A stretch of 32,000 bases of DNA from contig NZ_SNUY01000002.1 in assembly GCF_004376175.1 (NCBI RefSeq), positions 103,051-135,050 of the forward strand, read 5' to 3'. Source of the stretch: Halalkalibacterium halodurans (lineage in GTDB: Bacteria; Bacillota; Bacilli; Bacillales; Bacillaceae_D). Position numbers and translations under genes: made by a program. This document shows positions 16,102-23,720 of the stretch, piece by piece. The stretch's first letter is position 1. The number at the start of each line of letters is the position of its first letter. Below the pieces are notes generated by a model. It worked only from the letters and a program-made list of their open reading frames with translations, was not told the origin of the DNA and searched no databases.

Positions 16102-16458
16102 ATGAATATGCAAATGCTTTGTCAACAGCACTTGCATCAAATGGTTCAAGTGAACACTCACCCGTACGGAACCTATAAAGGGTTTTTGGAACAGGTCGAT
16201 CATGAAAATGTATCTTTGTTGGTGCCGATTGATGATAACGGTGATTATATGGAGATGGATAATGAAAGCTTATTTTATTCAATGAATGGCCAGGTACCAC
16301 AGCAAATGATGGGAGCAAGGGGGGAAGAACGCTTTTACCCATATTATCCGTACCCTTATTTTTATCCATATCCTTATCCATTTTTTCCACGCCCGAGGCG
16401 CTGGGGACGACTCATTTTACCATTAGCTGCATTGACAGCTATCGCTGCCTTGTATTAA
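16102..16458 (+). CDS. Hypothetical protein with Tyr/Pro-rich low-complexity segment and C-terminal hydrophobic tail
   Basis: 118 aa with a GGAGG SD 8 nt upstream. The segment ...FYPYYPYPYFYPYPYPFFPRPRRW is followed by GRLILPLAALTAIAALY. The antisense ORF 16100-16390 lacks an SD. Confidence 0.6.
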   Translation: MNMQMLCQQHLHQMVQVNTHPYGTYKGFLEQVDHENVSLLVPIDDNGDYMEMDNESLFYSMNGQVPQQMMGARGEERFYPYYPYPYFYPYPYPFFPRPRRWGRLILPLAALTAIAALY

Positions 16459-16488
16459 AGAAAGGTGAAAGAATAACAATAGAAGGTC

Positions 16489-16525
16489 GGAGCTGTCTCA
16501 AAAGTCTATCTTTTGAGGCAGCTCC
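16489..16525 (+). repeat. IRL plus adjacent inverted copy forming a 16-bp hairpin
   Basis: GGAGCTGTCTCAAAAG-TCTAT-CTTTTGAGGCAGCTCC forms 16 bp with one G-U pair, followed by TTTGCTTATT. It lies 31 nt after the stop of the upstream gene. Confidence 0.8.
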
Positions 16526-16756
16526 TTTGCTTATTCGTTCGAAATGGCGACTTGGCGGACGCTTTCCGCGGGCAACGCTCCAGCTTCCTCGAGAACCCCA
16601 CTCTCGGCGATCTTCCGCTGTTGCTTTTCCCGCAGGAGTCGCCGCCTGTCGCTCGTTTGACTCCCATTAACGCGCGAAAGAACATACAAAAAAATCGCCC
16701 AATCGTTTAAAATGAAGGTACCACTACCAAAATTCAAACGAAAGAAGGCGATTTTT

Positions 16757-18475
16757 TTGCGTAACCAAACGGCTACTTATCAGCAGTATACCATGAATCA
16801 ACTCGTGCTTCCTATGGATTTTTCCGATCTCATTCCAGAGAACCATGTAGCACGTGTGGTGAATGACATGGTCGAATCGTTGGATGATCAGCTATTTGAC
16901 GAGGTATACAAAGGGGGCGGTCGTCCTGCATATCACCCGAAAATGATGACGAAAATCCTATTGTACGGGTACACGCAAAAGTGGTTTTCGTGTCGTGCGA
17001 TCGCCAAGGCTTTGACCGAACATCTTCCGATGATGTGGCTCGCCGCCAGACAGACACCCGACTTCCGGACGATTAATCGGTTTCGCTCGGAACGATTGAA
17101 ACCGTTGATGGATACATTGTTTTCGGCATTGACGCATCTTCTGATCAAGGAAGGCTACGTCGATGGATCATCGTACTTTCTGGATGGGACGAAAATCGAA
17201 GCGAACGCCAATAAGTATACATTTGTTTGGAAAAAGAGCGTCCAAAAATATGAAGAGAAGCTTCAACTTAAGATCGATGAAATGCTTCAAGAAATCGAGA
17301 AGCAAGTGGAACTGGATCGCATCCAGATCCAACAGGAGACAAACGCAGAGGAAAAGCGTATCTCCAGTGAAGTGCTTCAAGCCGTCGCCCGATCCGTGGA
17401 ACAGGAACTCATCAAAAGAGACGAACAGATCAAAGAAACGGCAGACCAGAAAGAGAAGCAAGCACAAAAACAAGCGCTCAAACCGCTCCGAAAGATCTAT
17501 CGGACACTCACGACCGACACCTTGCCTCGGCTTCGGAAGTATGAAACGTCTTTTCGCCTCTTGGGGGAGCGGAATAGCTATTCGAAAACCGATCCAGATG
17601 CCACCTTTATGCGGATGAAAGACGATCACATGAAGAATGGGCAGTTAAAAGCAGGCTACAACTGGCAGATTGGGACTCAGGATCAGTTTATTCTTTTTTA
17701 TACGGTCCATCCGAATCCTACTGACACCCGCTGCCTTCTTCCCCACGTGGAGGCTCTCAAAGAGAGCGGACTTCCTCTTCCGAAGACATTGATTGCCGAT
17801 GCGGGCTATGGGAGTGAATCTAATTATGTGGCGATGGCAGACGAACTGTTTGAGACGCTCATTCCCTCCCATACATTCCGCCAAGAACAGAAACGTTCCT
17901 TTGCGAAGAAACGCTTTCATCCCTACAACTGGAGGTATGATGAGACGGACGATGTGTACTGGTGCCCAAATCAGCGGAAAGTCTCTTTTAAACGATACAC
18001 CAAGCGGACCGATCCGTATGGGTATGCACGGGATTTTAAAGTCTATGAGTGTGAGTCATGTGAAGGATGTCCGTTGAAGCCGGAGTGTACGAAGGCCCGG
18101 GGAAATCGACAGGTACACTACAACCCGGTGTATGAGGAACTGAAAGCGAAGCAACATCAAAAACTGAAAAGCGAAGAAGGCCGAACGCTCTACCAAAAAA
18201 GAAAAACGGATGTGGAGAGCGTATTTGGTCATGTTAAACAAAACCTCGGCTTCCGAAGGCTACATCTTCGTGGCAAGGAAAGCGTGCACATCGAACTCGG
18301 GCTTGTGGCTCTTGCCCACAACCTAAGGAAACGAGCGACGGTGGATCGTCGCTCGAAGGAACTAAAGAATACAAATCAACACAAAAATCGGGAGAACCGC
18401 ATCAAACGGTTCTCCCGATTTTATGTTTTAAGGTGCTTTTGGGACAGCTCCATTATGCAATGGACAAGCTATTGA
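16757..18475 (+). CDS. IS1182-family DDE transposase
   Basis: Conserved blocks YTMNQLVLP, GRPAYHPKMM, TINRFR, FLDGTKIEANAN (D), LIADAGYGSE (D), a Cys cluster CPNQ...CESCEGCPLKPEC, and VESVFGHVKQ (E). The start is ambiguous: TTG 16757 (GAAGG SD 8 nt upstream) or ATG 16712 (no SD). The ORF runs 24 nt beyond IRR into flanking DNA. Confidence 0.9.
   Translation: MRNQTATYQQYTMNQLVLPMDFSDLIPENHVARVVNDMVESLDDQLFDEVYKGGGRPAYHPKMMTKILLYGYTQKWFSCRAIAKALTEHLPMMWLAARQTPDFRTINRFRSERLKPLMDTLFSALTHLLIKEGYVDGSSYFLDGTKIEANANKYTFVWKKSVQKYEEKLQLKIDEMLQEIEKQVELDRIQIQQETNAEEKRISSEVLQAVARSVEQELIKRDEQIKETADQKEKQAQKQALKPLRKIYRTLTTDTLPRLRKYETSFRLLGERNSYSKTDPDATFMRMKDDHMKNGQLKAGYNWQIGTQDQFILFYTVHPNPTDTRCLLPHVEALKESGLPLPKTLIADAGYGSESNYVAMADELFETLIPSHTFRQEQKRSFAKKRFHPYNWRYDETDDVYWCPNQRKVSFKRYTKRTDPYGYARDFKVYECESCEGCPLKPECTKARGNRQVHYNPVYEELKAKQHQKLKSEEGRTLYQKRKTDVESVFGHVKQNLGFRRLHLRGKESVHIELGLVALAHNLRKRATVDRRSKELKNTNQHKNRENRIKRFSRFYVLRCFWDSSIMQWTSY
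18436..18451 (+). repeat. IRR of IS copy A
   Basis: CTTTTGGGACAGCTCC is the reverse complement of IRL with one mismatch. Confidence 0.75.
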
Positions 18476-18498
18476 CGATGGCTGAAATTTGCTATACT
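18472..18498 (+). promoter_or_regulatory. Candidate promoter for the downstream two-component operon
   Basis: TTGACG (18472-18477), a short 15-nt spacer, then TGcTATACT extended -10 (18490-18498). It lies 21 nt outside the IS end. Confidence 0.3.
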
Positions 18499-18716
18499 AC
18501 ATAATAGATAGATAAAGGGCTCTCTTTAGTGAATTTTCTTCGAGATAAAGGGTGTTTTCCCAGGAAATAATATGGAATGAGACTTAAAAGCCGTGGTCGT
18601 TTCATGAAAAGTATGGGAAACCGATCAAAAAGTTTGAATTCGTTTATTCTCGGATTGAAAATCAGTTAAAATAATCGATAAGTATCGCTAGAAAGCGGTA
18701 TAAAGGAGGATGCAAG

Positions 18717-19400
18717 ATGTCGGAATATCTCGTGCATTTAGTAGAAGATGAAGCAAATCTTTCTGAAGTATTAAAAGCGTATCTTGAAAAAGAAGGATGG
18801 AGTGTGAGAGTGTTTACTGATGGAAATGCAGCACAAGAAGCCATTAGTGAACAACAGCCTCACTTATGGATACTAGATATTATGCTTCCGGGAACAGATG
18901 GTTATCAATTATTAAAGCAAATTAAAGAAAAAGGGGATACCCCTGTCATTTTCATCTCGGCTCGGGATCAAGACTTGGATCGGGTTTTAGGACTTGAGAT
19001 GGGGAGTGACGATTATTTAGCTAAGCCTTTTCTGCCGCAAGAATTAATTATTCGAGCGAAAAAGCTTTTAAATCGTGTTTACGGTTCCTCGTCACAGGAG
19101 CAACGAAAGATCGAAATTAATCATTATGTCATTGATCCAGTGGGACGTACGGTCATCGATCAAGAAAATAATGATGAGTCTGTCGATTTGACAACAAAAG
19201 AGATGGATTTAATCTTGCTATTGACAGGAGACATCGGCAAAGCATTCTCTCGAGAGCGGATCATTGAGCATGTTTGGGGAGAAAATTATTTCGGCTCTGA
19301 GCGTGCGGTTGATGATGTCGTTCGGAGGGTGCGTAAGAAAATGCCGCGGATTCATTTAGAGACATTATATGGGTACGGGTACAGGGTTCTCTCTTCATGA
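18717..19400 (+). CDS. OmpR/PhoB-family response regulator
   Basis: Receiver domain (HLVEDE ... ILDIMLPGTDG ... KPF) plus a winged-helix C-terminus (...LYGYGYRV). A GGAGG SD lies 7 nt upstream. Confidence 0.9.
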   Translation: MSEYLVHLVEDEANLSEVLKAYLEKEGWSVRVFTDGNAAQEAISEQQPHLWILDIMLPGTDGYQLLKQIKEKGDTPVIFISARDQDLDRVLGLEMGSDDYLAKPFLPQELIIRAKKLLNRVYGSSSQEQRKIEINHYVIDPVGRTVIDQENNDESVDLTTKEMDLILLLTGDIGKAFSRERIIEHVWGENYFGSERAVDDVVRRVRKKMPRIHLETLYGYGYRVLSS

Positions 19401-20827
19401 TTCGCGTCAATTTAACACAAAGGATTTGGCTTGCCTTTTCCTCACTCATCTTTCTCGTGGGACTGTCAATCATTATTATTTATCCTATTTCGATTAAAGG
19501 AACGATGACAGAAGAGACCTATCGTATGATCGAATTAGCGCAGGCACGTCAGGTGAACCCTTTGATTGATTATATGAATCCGCCGCGAAATGATGTCGAT
19601 TTCCGAGAACGCCAAGAAGCCGATACGTTCGTTTACCACTTTCAAATTAATTCATCTCTCGGTGAATCTGCCTATGGAGATGTTCCACAGCCGACCGAGG
19701 TGTTACATGAAATGGCCCAAAAGGCGTTTAATCAAGAGCAGTCCAGAGGTCGTTACGAATTAAGCTATAATGGTGCAACGATTTTTTATGTGGTAACGAA
19801 ATTTAACAGCTTTGGGCGAGAAGGCTATTTAATCTCTTACATGTGGGACACGTATCGCGATTCGATGGTCAACCGATTATGGGAACGACTGCTTTATATT
19901 TTATTGCTCTCAAGTGCCCTAAGTTTGTTGCCGGCCATTTGGTTAAAGCATTATTTGCGTCAGCCGCTCATTCTATTAGGAAACCGTCTCGAACAAATAG
20001 CTGATCGAAATTGGAAAGAGCCTTTCAAGTGGGAAGGCGACGAAGATTTTCAGAAGCTATCAAATCAATTTGAACGGATGCGGCAAAACCTTGTTCGCTA
20101 TGACCAGTCACAGAAAACATTTATTCAGCACGCCTCTCATGAATTAAAGACGCCGATTATGGTTATTAAAAGCTATGCCCAATCAGTAAAAGATGGCATT
20201 TTACCAAAAGATTCGATTGAGAAGACAATGGATGTCATTTCGGAAGAAGCGAATCGTATGGAGCGTCGAGTGATTGACATGCTCTATTACACAAAGCTCG
20301 ATTCGATTAAAGAGGAACGGGTGGAGCACTCGGTGTTTCTCTTTGGTAAAGTTGCGTTTACGATCGAAGAACGTTTTCGCATGCAGCGGGAAGATGTAAA
20401 AATAATTGTTGAAGGCGCAGATAAGAAAATATTTGGAGATGAAGAACAAATTGAAGTTCTTCTCGAAAATTTAATAGAAAACGCCTTACGTTATGCAAAA
20501 GATACCATTTGGATTCGAGCAACCGAAGATGCTGACTTGTTGAAAATTAGCGTTGAAAACAACGGCAAGCCCATTCCGGATGCAGATCTACCACAATTGT
20601 TTAATCCGTTTTATAAAGGAAACAAAGGGAAGTTTGGGCTCGGGCTTGCGATAGTTAAGCAAATTGCTGAACTCCACCAAGGAGAAGCGATCGTTGAAAA
20701 TACGGGACAAGGTGTGAAATTTACGATCTCGATTCCTGCTGTGAAAGAGGAAAAAGAGAAGAAGCAGAAGAAAAGGCGAGATCGAAAAGTAACTAATGGA
20801 GAAGGAGTTCAAAAACGTTTAAAGTAG
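19397..20827 (+). CDS. Sensor histidine kinase
   Basis: Forms an ATGA overlap with the regulator gene. It has two TM segments flanking a ~140-aa extracytoplasmic domain, a HAMP-like linker, HisKA SHELKTPIMVI and HATPase NALRYA...GLGLAIVKQIAELHQG, plus a Lys-rich tail. Confidence 0.9.
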   Translation: MIRVNLTQRIWLAFSSLIFLVGLSIIIIYPISIKGTMTEETYRMIELAQARQVNPLIDYMNPPRNDVDFRERQEADTFVYHFQINSSLGESAYGDVPQPTEVLHEMAQKAFNQEQSRGRYELSYNGATIFYVVTKFNSFGREGYLISYMWDTYRDSMVNRLWERLLYILLLSSALSLLPAIWLKHYLRQPLILLGNRLEQIADRNWKEPFKWEGDEDFQKLSNQFERMRQNLVRYDQSQKTFIQHASHELKTPIMVIKSYAQSVKDGILPKDSIEKTMDVISEEANRMERRVIDMLYYTKLDSIKEERVEHSVFLFGKVAFTIEERFRMQREDVKIIVEGADKKIFGDEEQIEVLLENLIENALRYAKDTIWIRATEDADLLKISVENNGKPIPDADLPQLFNPFYKGNKGKFGLGLAIVKQIAELHQGEAIVENTGQGVKFTISIPAVKEEKEKKQKKRRDRKVTNGEGVQKRLK

Positions 20828-20837
20828 GGATGTTTAG

Positions 20838-22037
20838 ATGACCCGTTCTGAACGAAAACCGTTGCTCATGCTGATGGTCAATATGTTTGTCGTCATGATG
20901 GGCATCGGCTTAGTTATTCCCATTCTACCTTATTATATTGAAGCATTCGGGGCATCGAGCGTTGAACTAGGATTGTTAATTGCCATCTTTTCATTCATGC
21001 AATTTTTGTTGGCCCCTTTTTGGGGAAGACTCTCTGATAAAGTGGGGCGAAAGCCGTTAATTGCGGTAGGTATGTTCGGCTTTGCTGTAGCAGAATTTAT
21101 TTTTGCTTTTGCCACACAGTTCTGGATGTTGTTCGTGTCCCGAATACTTGCAGGGGCATTTGGTTCAGCGGTTATGCCAGCCGCGATGGCGTATGTGTCT
21201 GATCGGACGAGCGAAGAAAAACGAGGACATGGCATGGGGCTGCTTGGTGCGTCTATGGCTCTCGGAATTGTCGTCGGCCCAGGGATCGGTGGTTGGCTAG
21301 CAGAATTCAGCTTAGCGACACCATTTTTATTCGCTGGGTTTGCGGCTTCTTTCGCTGCCATATTCTCACTCTTATGGCTTCCTGAATCGTTACCGTTAGA
21401 AAAGCGTAAAACTGAAGTGGAACCTGTGAACCAATTTGTGCAAATGTGGCAGGCGGTCCGTAGTCCTATCGGTTTTTTGCTCTTTCTTGTGTTTGGGTTG
21501 AGCTTTGGACTAGCCAATTTTCAAACGATTTTTGGCATCTATGCCCTTCATCGCTTTCACTATAATCCGAGTGAAGTTGGATTCATCATGGTCCTCACAG
21601 GGATCGTAGGTGCGATCGCCCAAGGGAGTCTAGTAGGAAGATTAACTGAAAGATATGGAGAGGAAAAAGTAGTCCTTGGTTCTCTCAGTCTGAGCGGTAT
21701 AGGGTTTTTAATCATGATGCTAGCATTTAATTATTGGACGGTTATTGCAACTACGTGCTTGTTCTTTTTAGGAAACTCGATTTTGCGCCCAGCCGTTCAA
21801 TCTTTTCTATCAAAAATGGCAGAGGATCAGCAAGGAATGATCATGGGCTTGAATAACTCCTTTCTTAGTTTAGGAAACGTCGTAGGAGCCCTTCTAGCAG
21901 GTTTATTATTTGAGTGGAATATGTTTCTCCCTTACACCGTTGGCGCGTTCGTTATGTTTGCTAGTTTAGGTGCAACCTTTCGTTGGTTGTCAAAAAGAGC
22001 AAGTCAAGGGAAGCACCCTGAGAAGTCGAGCCCGTGA
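20838..22037 (+). CDS. MFS transporter (DHA1-type drug/H+ antiporter-like, 12 TM)
   Basis: 399 aa. It carries the MFS motif A GRLSDKVGRKPL between TM2 and TM3, and about 12 hydrophobic segments. Confidence 0.85.
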   Translation: MTRSERKPLLMLMVNMFVVMMGIGLVIPILPYYIEAFGASSVELGLLIAIFSFMQFLLAPFWGRLSDKVGRKPLIAVGMFGFAVAEFIFAFATQFWMLFVSRILAGAFGSAVMPAAMAYVSDRTSEEKRGHGMGLLGASMALGIVVGPGIGGWLAEFSLATPFLFAGFAASFAAIFSLLWLPESLPLEKRKTEVEPVNQFVQMWQAVRSPIGFLLFLVFGLSFGLANFQTIFGIYALHRFHYNPSEVGFIMVLTGIVGAIAQGSLVGRLTERYGEEKVVLGSLSLSGIGFLIMMLAFNYWTVIATTCLFFLGNSILRPAVQSFLSKMAEDQQGMIMGLNNSFLSLGNVVGALLAGLLFEWNMFLPYTVGAFVMFASLGATFRWLSKRASQGKHPEKSSP

Positions 22038-22216
22038 TAGGTTCGGCTTTTTTCCAGTAAAGAATGAAGATCATTCGAAAGTTAAGTATAAGTGCTACTA
22101 CAGCTTTGCTAAAGGATCCGGCTATCCCTGAGTTTTGTTTAGGAATGCCTAGATATGTGGTAGAGCTGTTCATCACTTTTATCGCTCGCATAGGGAAGGC
22201 TGTGAAAGAAGGACTA

Positions 22217-22225
22217 TGCTATAAT
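22217..22225 (+). promoter_or_regulatory. Candidate extended -10 element upstream of yhaM
   Basis: TGcTATAAT lies about 45 nt upstream of the yhaM start. The -35 is poor. Confidence 0.3.
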
Positions 22226-22269
22226 AATGATAAACTCGTAGGGAAACGAAGATTAGAGGTGAGGAACTG

Positions 22270-23232
22270 TTGAGCAGAGGCATTTTGTATTATCAAGTAG
22301 GGGAAGCGCTAGAAAGCTATTTTTTGATTAAATCGGCAACAAAGGCGGTTGCAAGCAACGGTAAGCCATTTTTGACGTTGATCCTAAGTGATCACACGGG
22401 GGAGATTGAGGCAAAGTTATGGGGCTGTTCTCCTGAAGATGAGGCGACGTTTGTGAGTGGGGCCATCGTTCATATTAGTGGACAACTATCCGAATACCGC
22501 GGCAGACAGCAACTGAAAATTGGGAGCATACGACCAACGACGGCGATGGACCAAGTGAAAGTATCTGATTTTGTTCGCTCTGCCCCCCTTTCGCCTGACG
22601 ATATGTTGGAACAAATTACGCAGTACATCTTTGAAATGAAAAACCCGAAGATTCAACGAATGACACGTCACCTCTTAAAAAAGCATCAGACAGCCTTTTT
22701 AGAGTATCCAGCAGCCACAACCAATCATCACGAGTTTGTATCAGGGCTTGCGTATCACGTCGTTTGTATGTTGAATGTTGCGAAGTCTTTAGCCGCGCTT
22801 TATCCGACACTTGATACGGATCTGCTCTATGCTGGCATCATTTTGCATGACCTCGGAAAAGTAAAAGAGCTATCAGGGCCTATTGATACAACGTATACGA
22901 TTGAAGGAAAATTACTCGGGCACATCTCCATTTTAGTCAATGAGATTGGGGAGACAGCCAATGAGCTCGGCATAGAAGGCGAGGAAGTGGTCATCCTTCA
23001 ACACCTTGTTCTTGCCCATCATAGCAAGGGAGAGTGGGGAAGTCCAAAGCCACCGCTGATCCGTGAAGCTGAAATTTTACATATGATTGATAACATTGAC
23101 GCCAAGATGAACATGATGGATTGTGCCTTGGAACGGGTACAACCAGGAGAGTTTTCAGAGCGAATCAAGGCAATGGACAATCGCTCTTTCTACAAACCGA
23201 ATTTTCATGAACCCCCTTTAGATCTTTCATAG
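22270..23232 (+). CDS. yhaM: 3'-5' exoribonuclease YhaM (OB-fold + HD domain)
   Basis: Strong similarity to B. subtilis YhaM throughout ([73 protein letters not shown]). TTG start with a GAGGTGAGG SD. Confidence 0.9.
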   Translation: MSRGILYYQVGEALESYFLIKSATKAVASNGKPFLTLILSDHTGEIEAKLWGCSPEDEATFVSGAIVHISGQLSEYRGRQQLKIGSIRPTTAMDQVKVSDFVRSAPLSPDDMLEQITQYIFEMKNPKIQRMTRHLLKKHQTAFLEYPAATTNHHEFVSGLAYHVVCMLNVAKSLAALYPTLDTDLLYAGIILHDLGKVKELSGPIDTTYTIEGKLLGHISILVNEIGETANELGIEGEEVVILQHLVLAHHSKGEWGSPKPPLIREAEILHMIDNIDAKMNMMDCALERVQPGEFSERIKAMDNRSFYKPNFHEPPLDLS

Positions 23233-23291
23233 CATAACTTGTCTCTCCTTTTCATAGAATGTGAAAGAAATGAAAAGGAGGGGAAAAAGTT

Positions 23292-23567
23292 ATGAGCACG
23301 CCACCTAATAATCGTCGTTTAGCTTTACTTCTTGTAGCTGTAATGGTAGTTATTTTTCTTCTCACCCAAACCCCTTTAGGCTCTTTTCTAGCTAGCAGTC
23401 CGTGGTGGGTCTACTTTGTGATTGCAGGTATTCTTTTAAGCGGCTATCTTTCGGTAAAATATACGATTGAGGATCGCAAAACGGATCAAGAATGGATTGA
23501 GAAGGAAGGAGAAGCGTTCTTAGAACGTGTTCGAGAAAAGCGAGCTGTCGAACAAAAAGAAGACTAA
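23292..23567 (+). CDS. yhaL: Sporulation protein YhaL-like small membrane protein
   Basis: 91 aa with an AAAGGAGGGG SD. PWWVYFVIAGILLSGYL followed by EKEGEAFLERVREKR resembles the YhaL family. The position after yhaM matches B. subtilis. Confidence 0.6.
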   Translation: MSTPPNNRRLALLLVAVMVVIFLLTQTPLGSFLASSPWWVYFVIAGILLSGYLSVKYTIEDRKTDQEWIEKEGEAFLERVREKRAVEQKED

Positions 23568-23579
23568 AAAGCGATCGAT

Positions 23580-23615
23580 GGATCAGGCATTGGACAGTGA
23601 GTCTGATCCGTTTTT
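23580..23615 (+). terminator. Intrinsic terminator after yhaL
   Basis: GGATCAGGC ... GTCTGATCC forms a 9-bp stem with one wobble pair and a 12-nt loop, followed by G and TTTTT. Confidence 0.55.
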
Positions 23616-23673
23616 GTGTTATTTAGGAGTTGCACTCCAGGTAATTCCACACAAATGAACCGATTGTTCCATC

Positions 23674-23712
23674 AAAAAAAGGCACCTTCAGCCTAGCTGT
23701 AAAGGTGCCTTT
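23674..23712 (-). terminator. Intrinsic terminator of prsA
   Basis: On the minus strand: AAAGGCACCTT-13 nt-AAGGTGCCTTT followed by a T7 run, 9 nt after the prsA stop. Confidence 0.8.
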
Positions 23713-23720
23713 CAAGTTCA

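Larger units (their letters stand above)
16489..18451 (+). mobile_element. IS1182-family insertion sequence, copy A (1963 bp between the 16-bp terminal inverted repeats)
   Basis: IRL GGAGCTGTCTCAAAAG (16489-16504) matches the reverse complement of IRR CTTTTGGGACAGCTCC (18436-18451) at 15 of 16 positions. There is a single long DDE transposase ORF and an internal terminator-like hairpin (18385-18421). Confidence 0.8.

Noticed and set aside
16513-16737. 65- and 68-aa ORFs on both strands in the GC-rich IS leader.
   Set aside because: Open frames are expected by chance in GC-rich DNA. Neither has an SD or a plausible start context.
17163-17629. 151-aa (+) and 153-aa (-) ORFs inside transposase A.
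   Set aside because: They are alternative frames of the Lys/Glu-rich linker of the transposase gene, and the main frame carries all conserved IS1182 motifs.
20933-21517. 194-aa antisense ORF inside the MFS transporter gene.
   Set aside because: It is a shadow frame of a hydrophobic-protein gene. It is low-complexity (A/P/S/N rich), has no SD, and overlaps a CDS with clear MFS motifs.
22064-22273. 69-aa ORF between the MFS gene and yhaM.
   Set aside because: It has no SD and no recognisable motif. The region is better explained as the yhaM promoter and leader.
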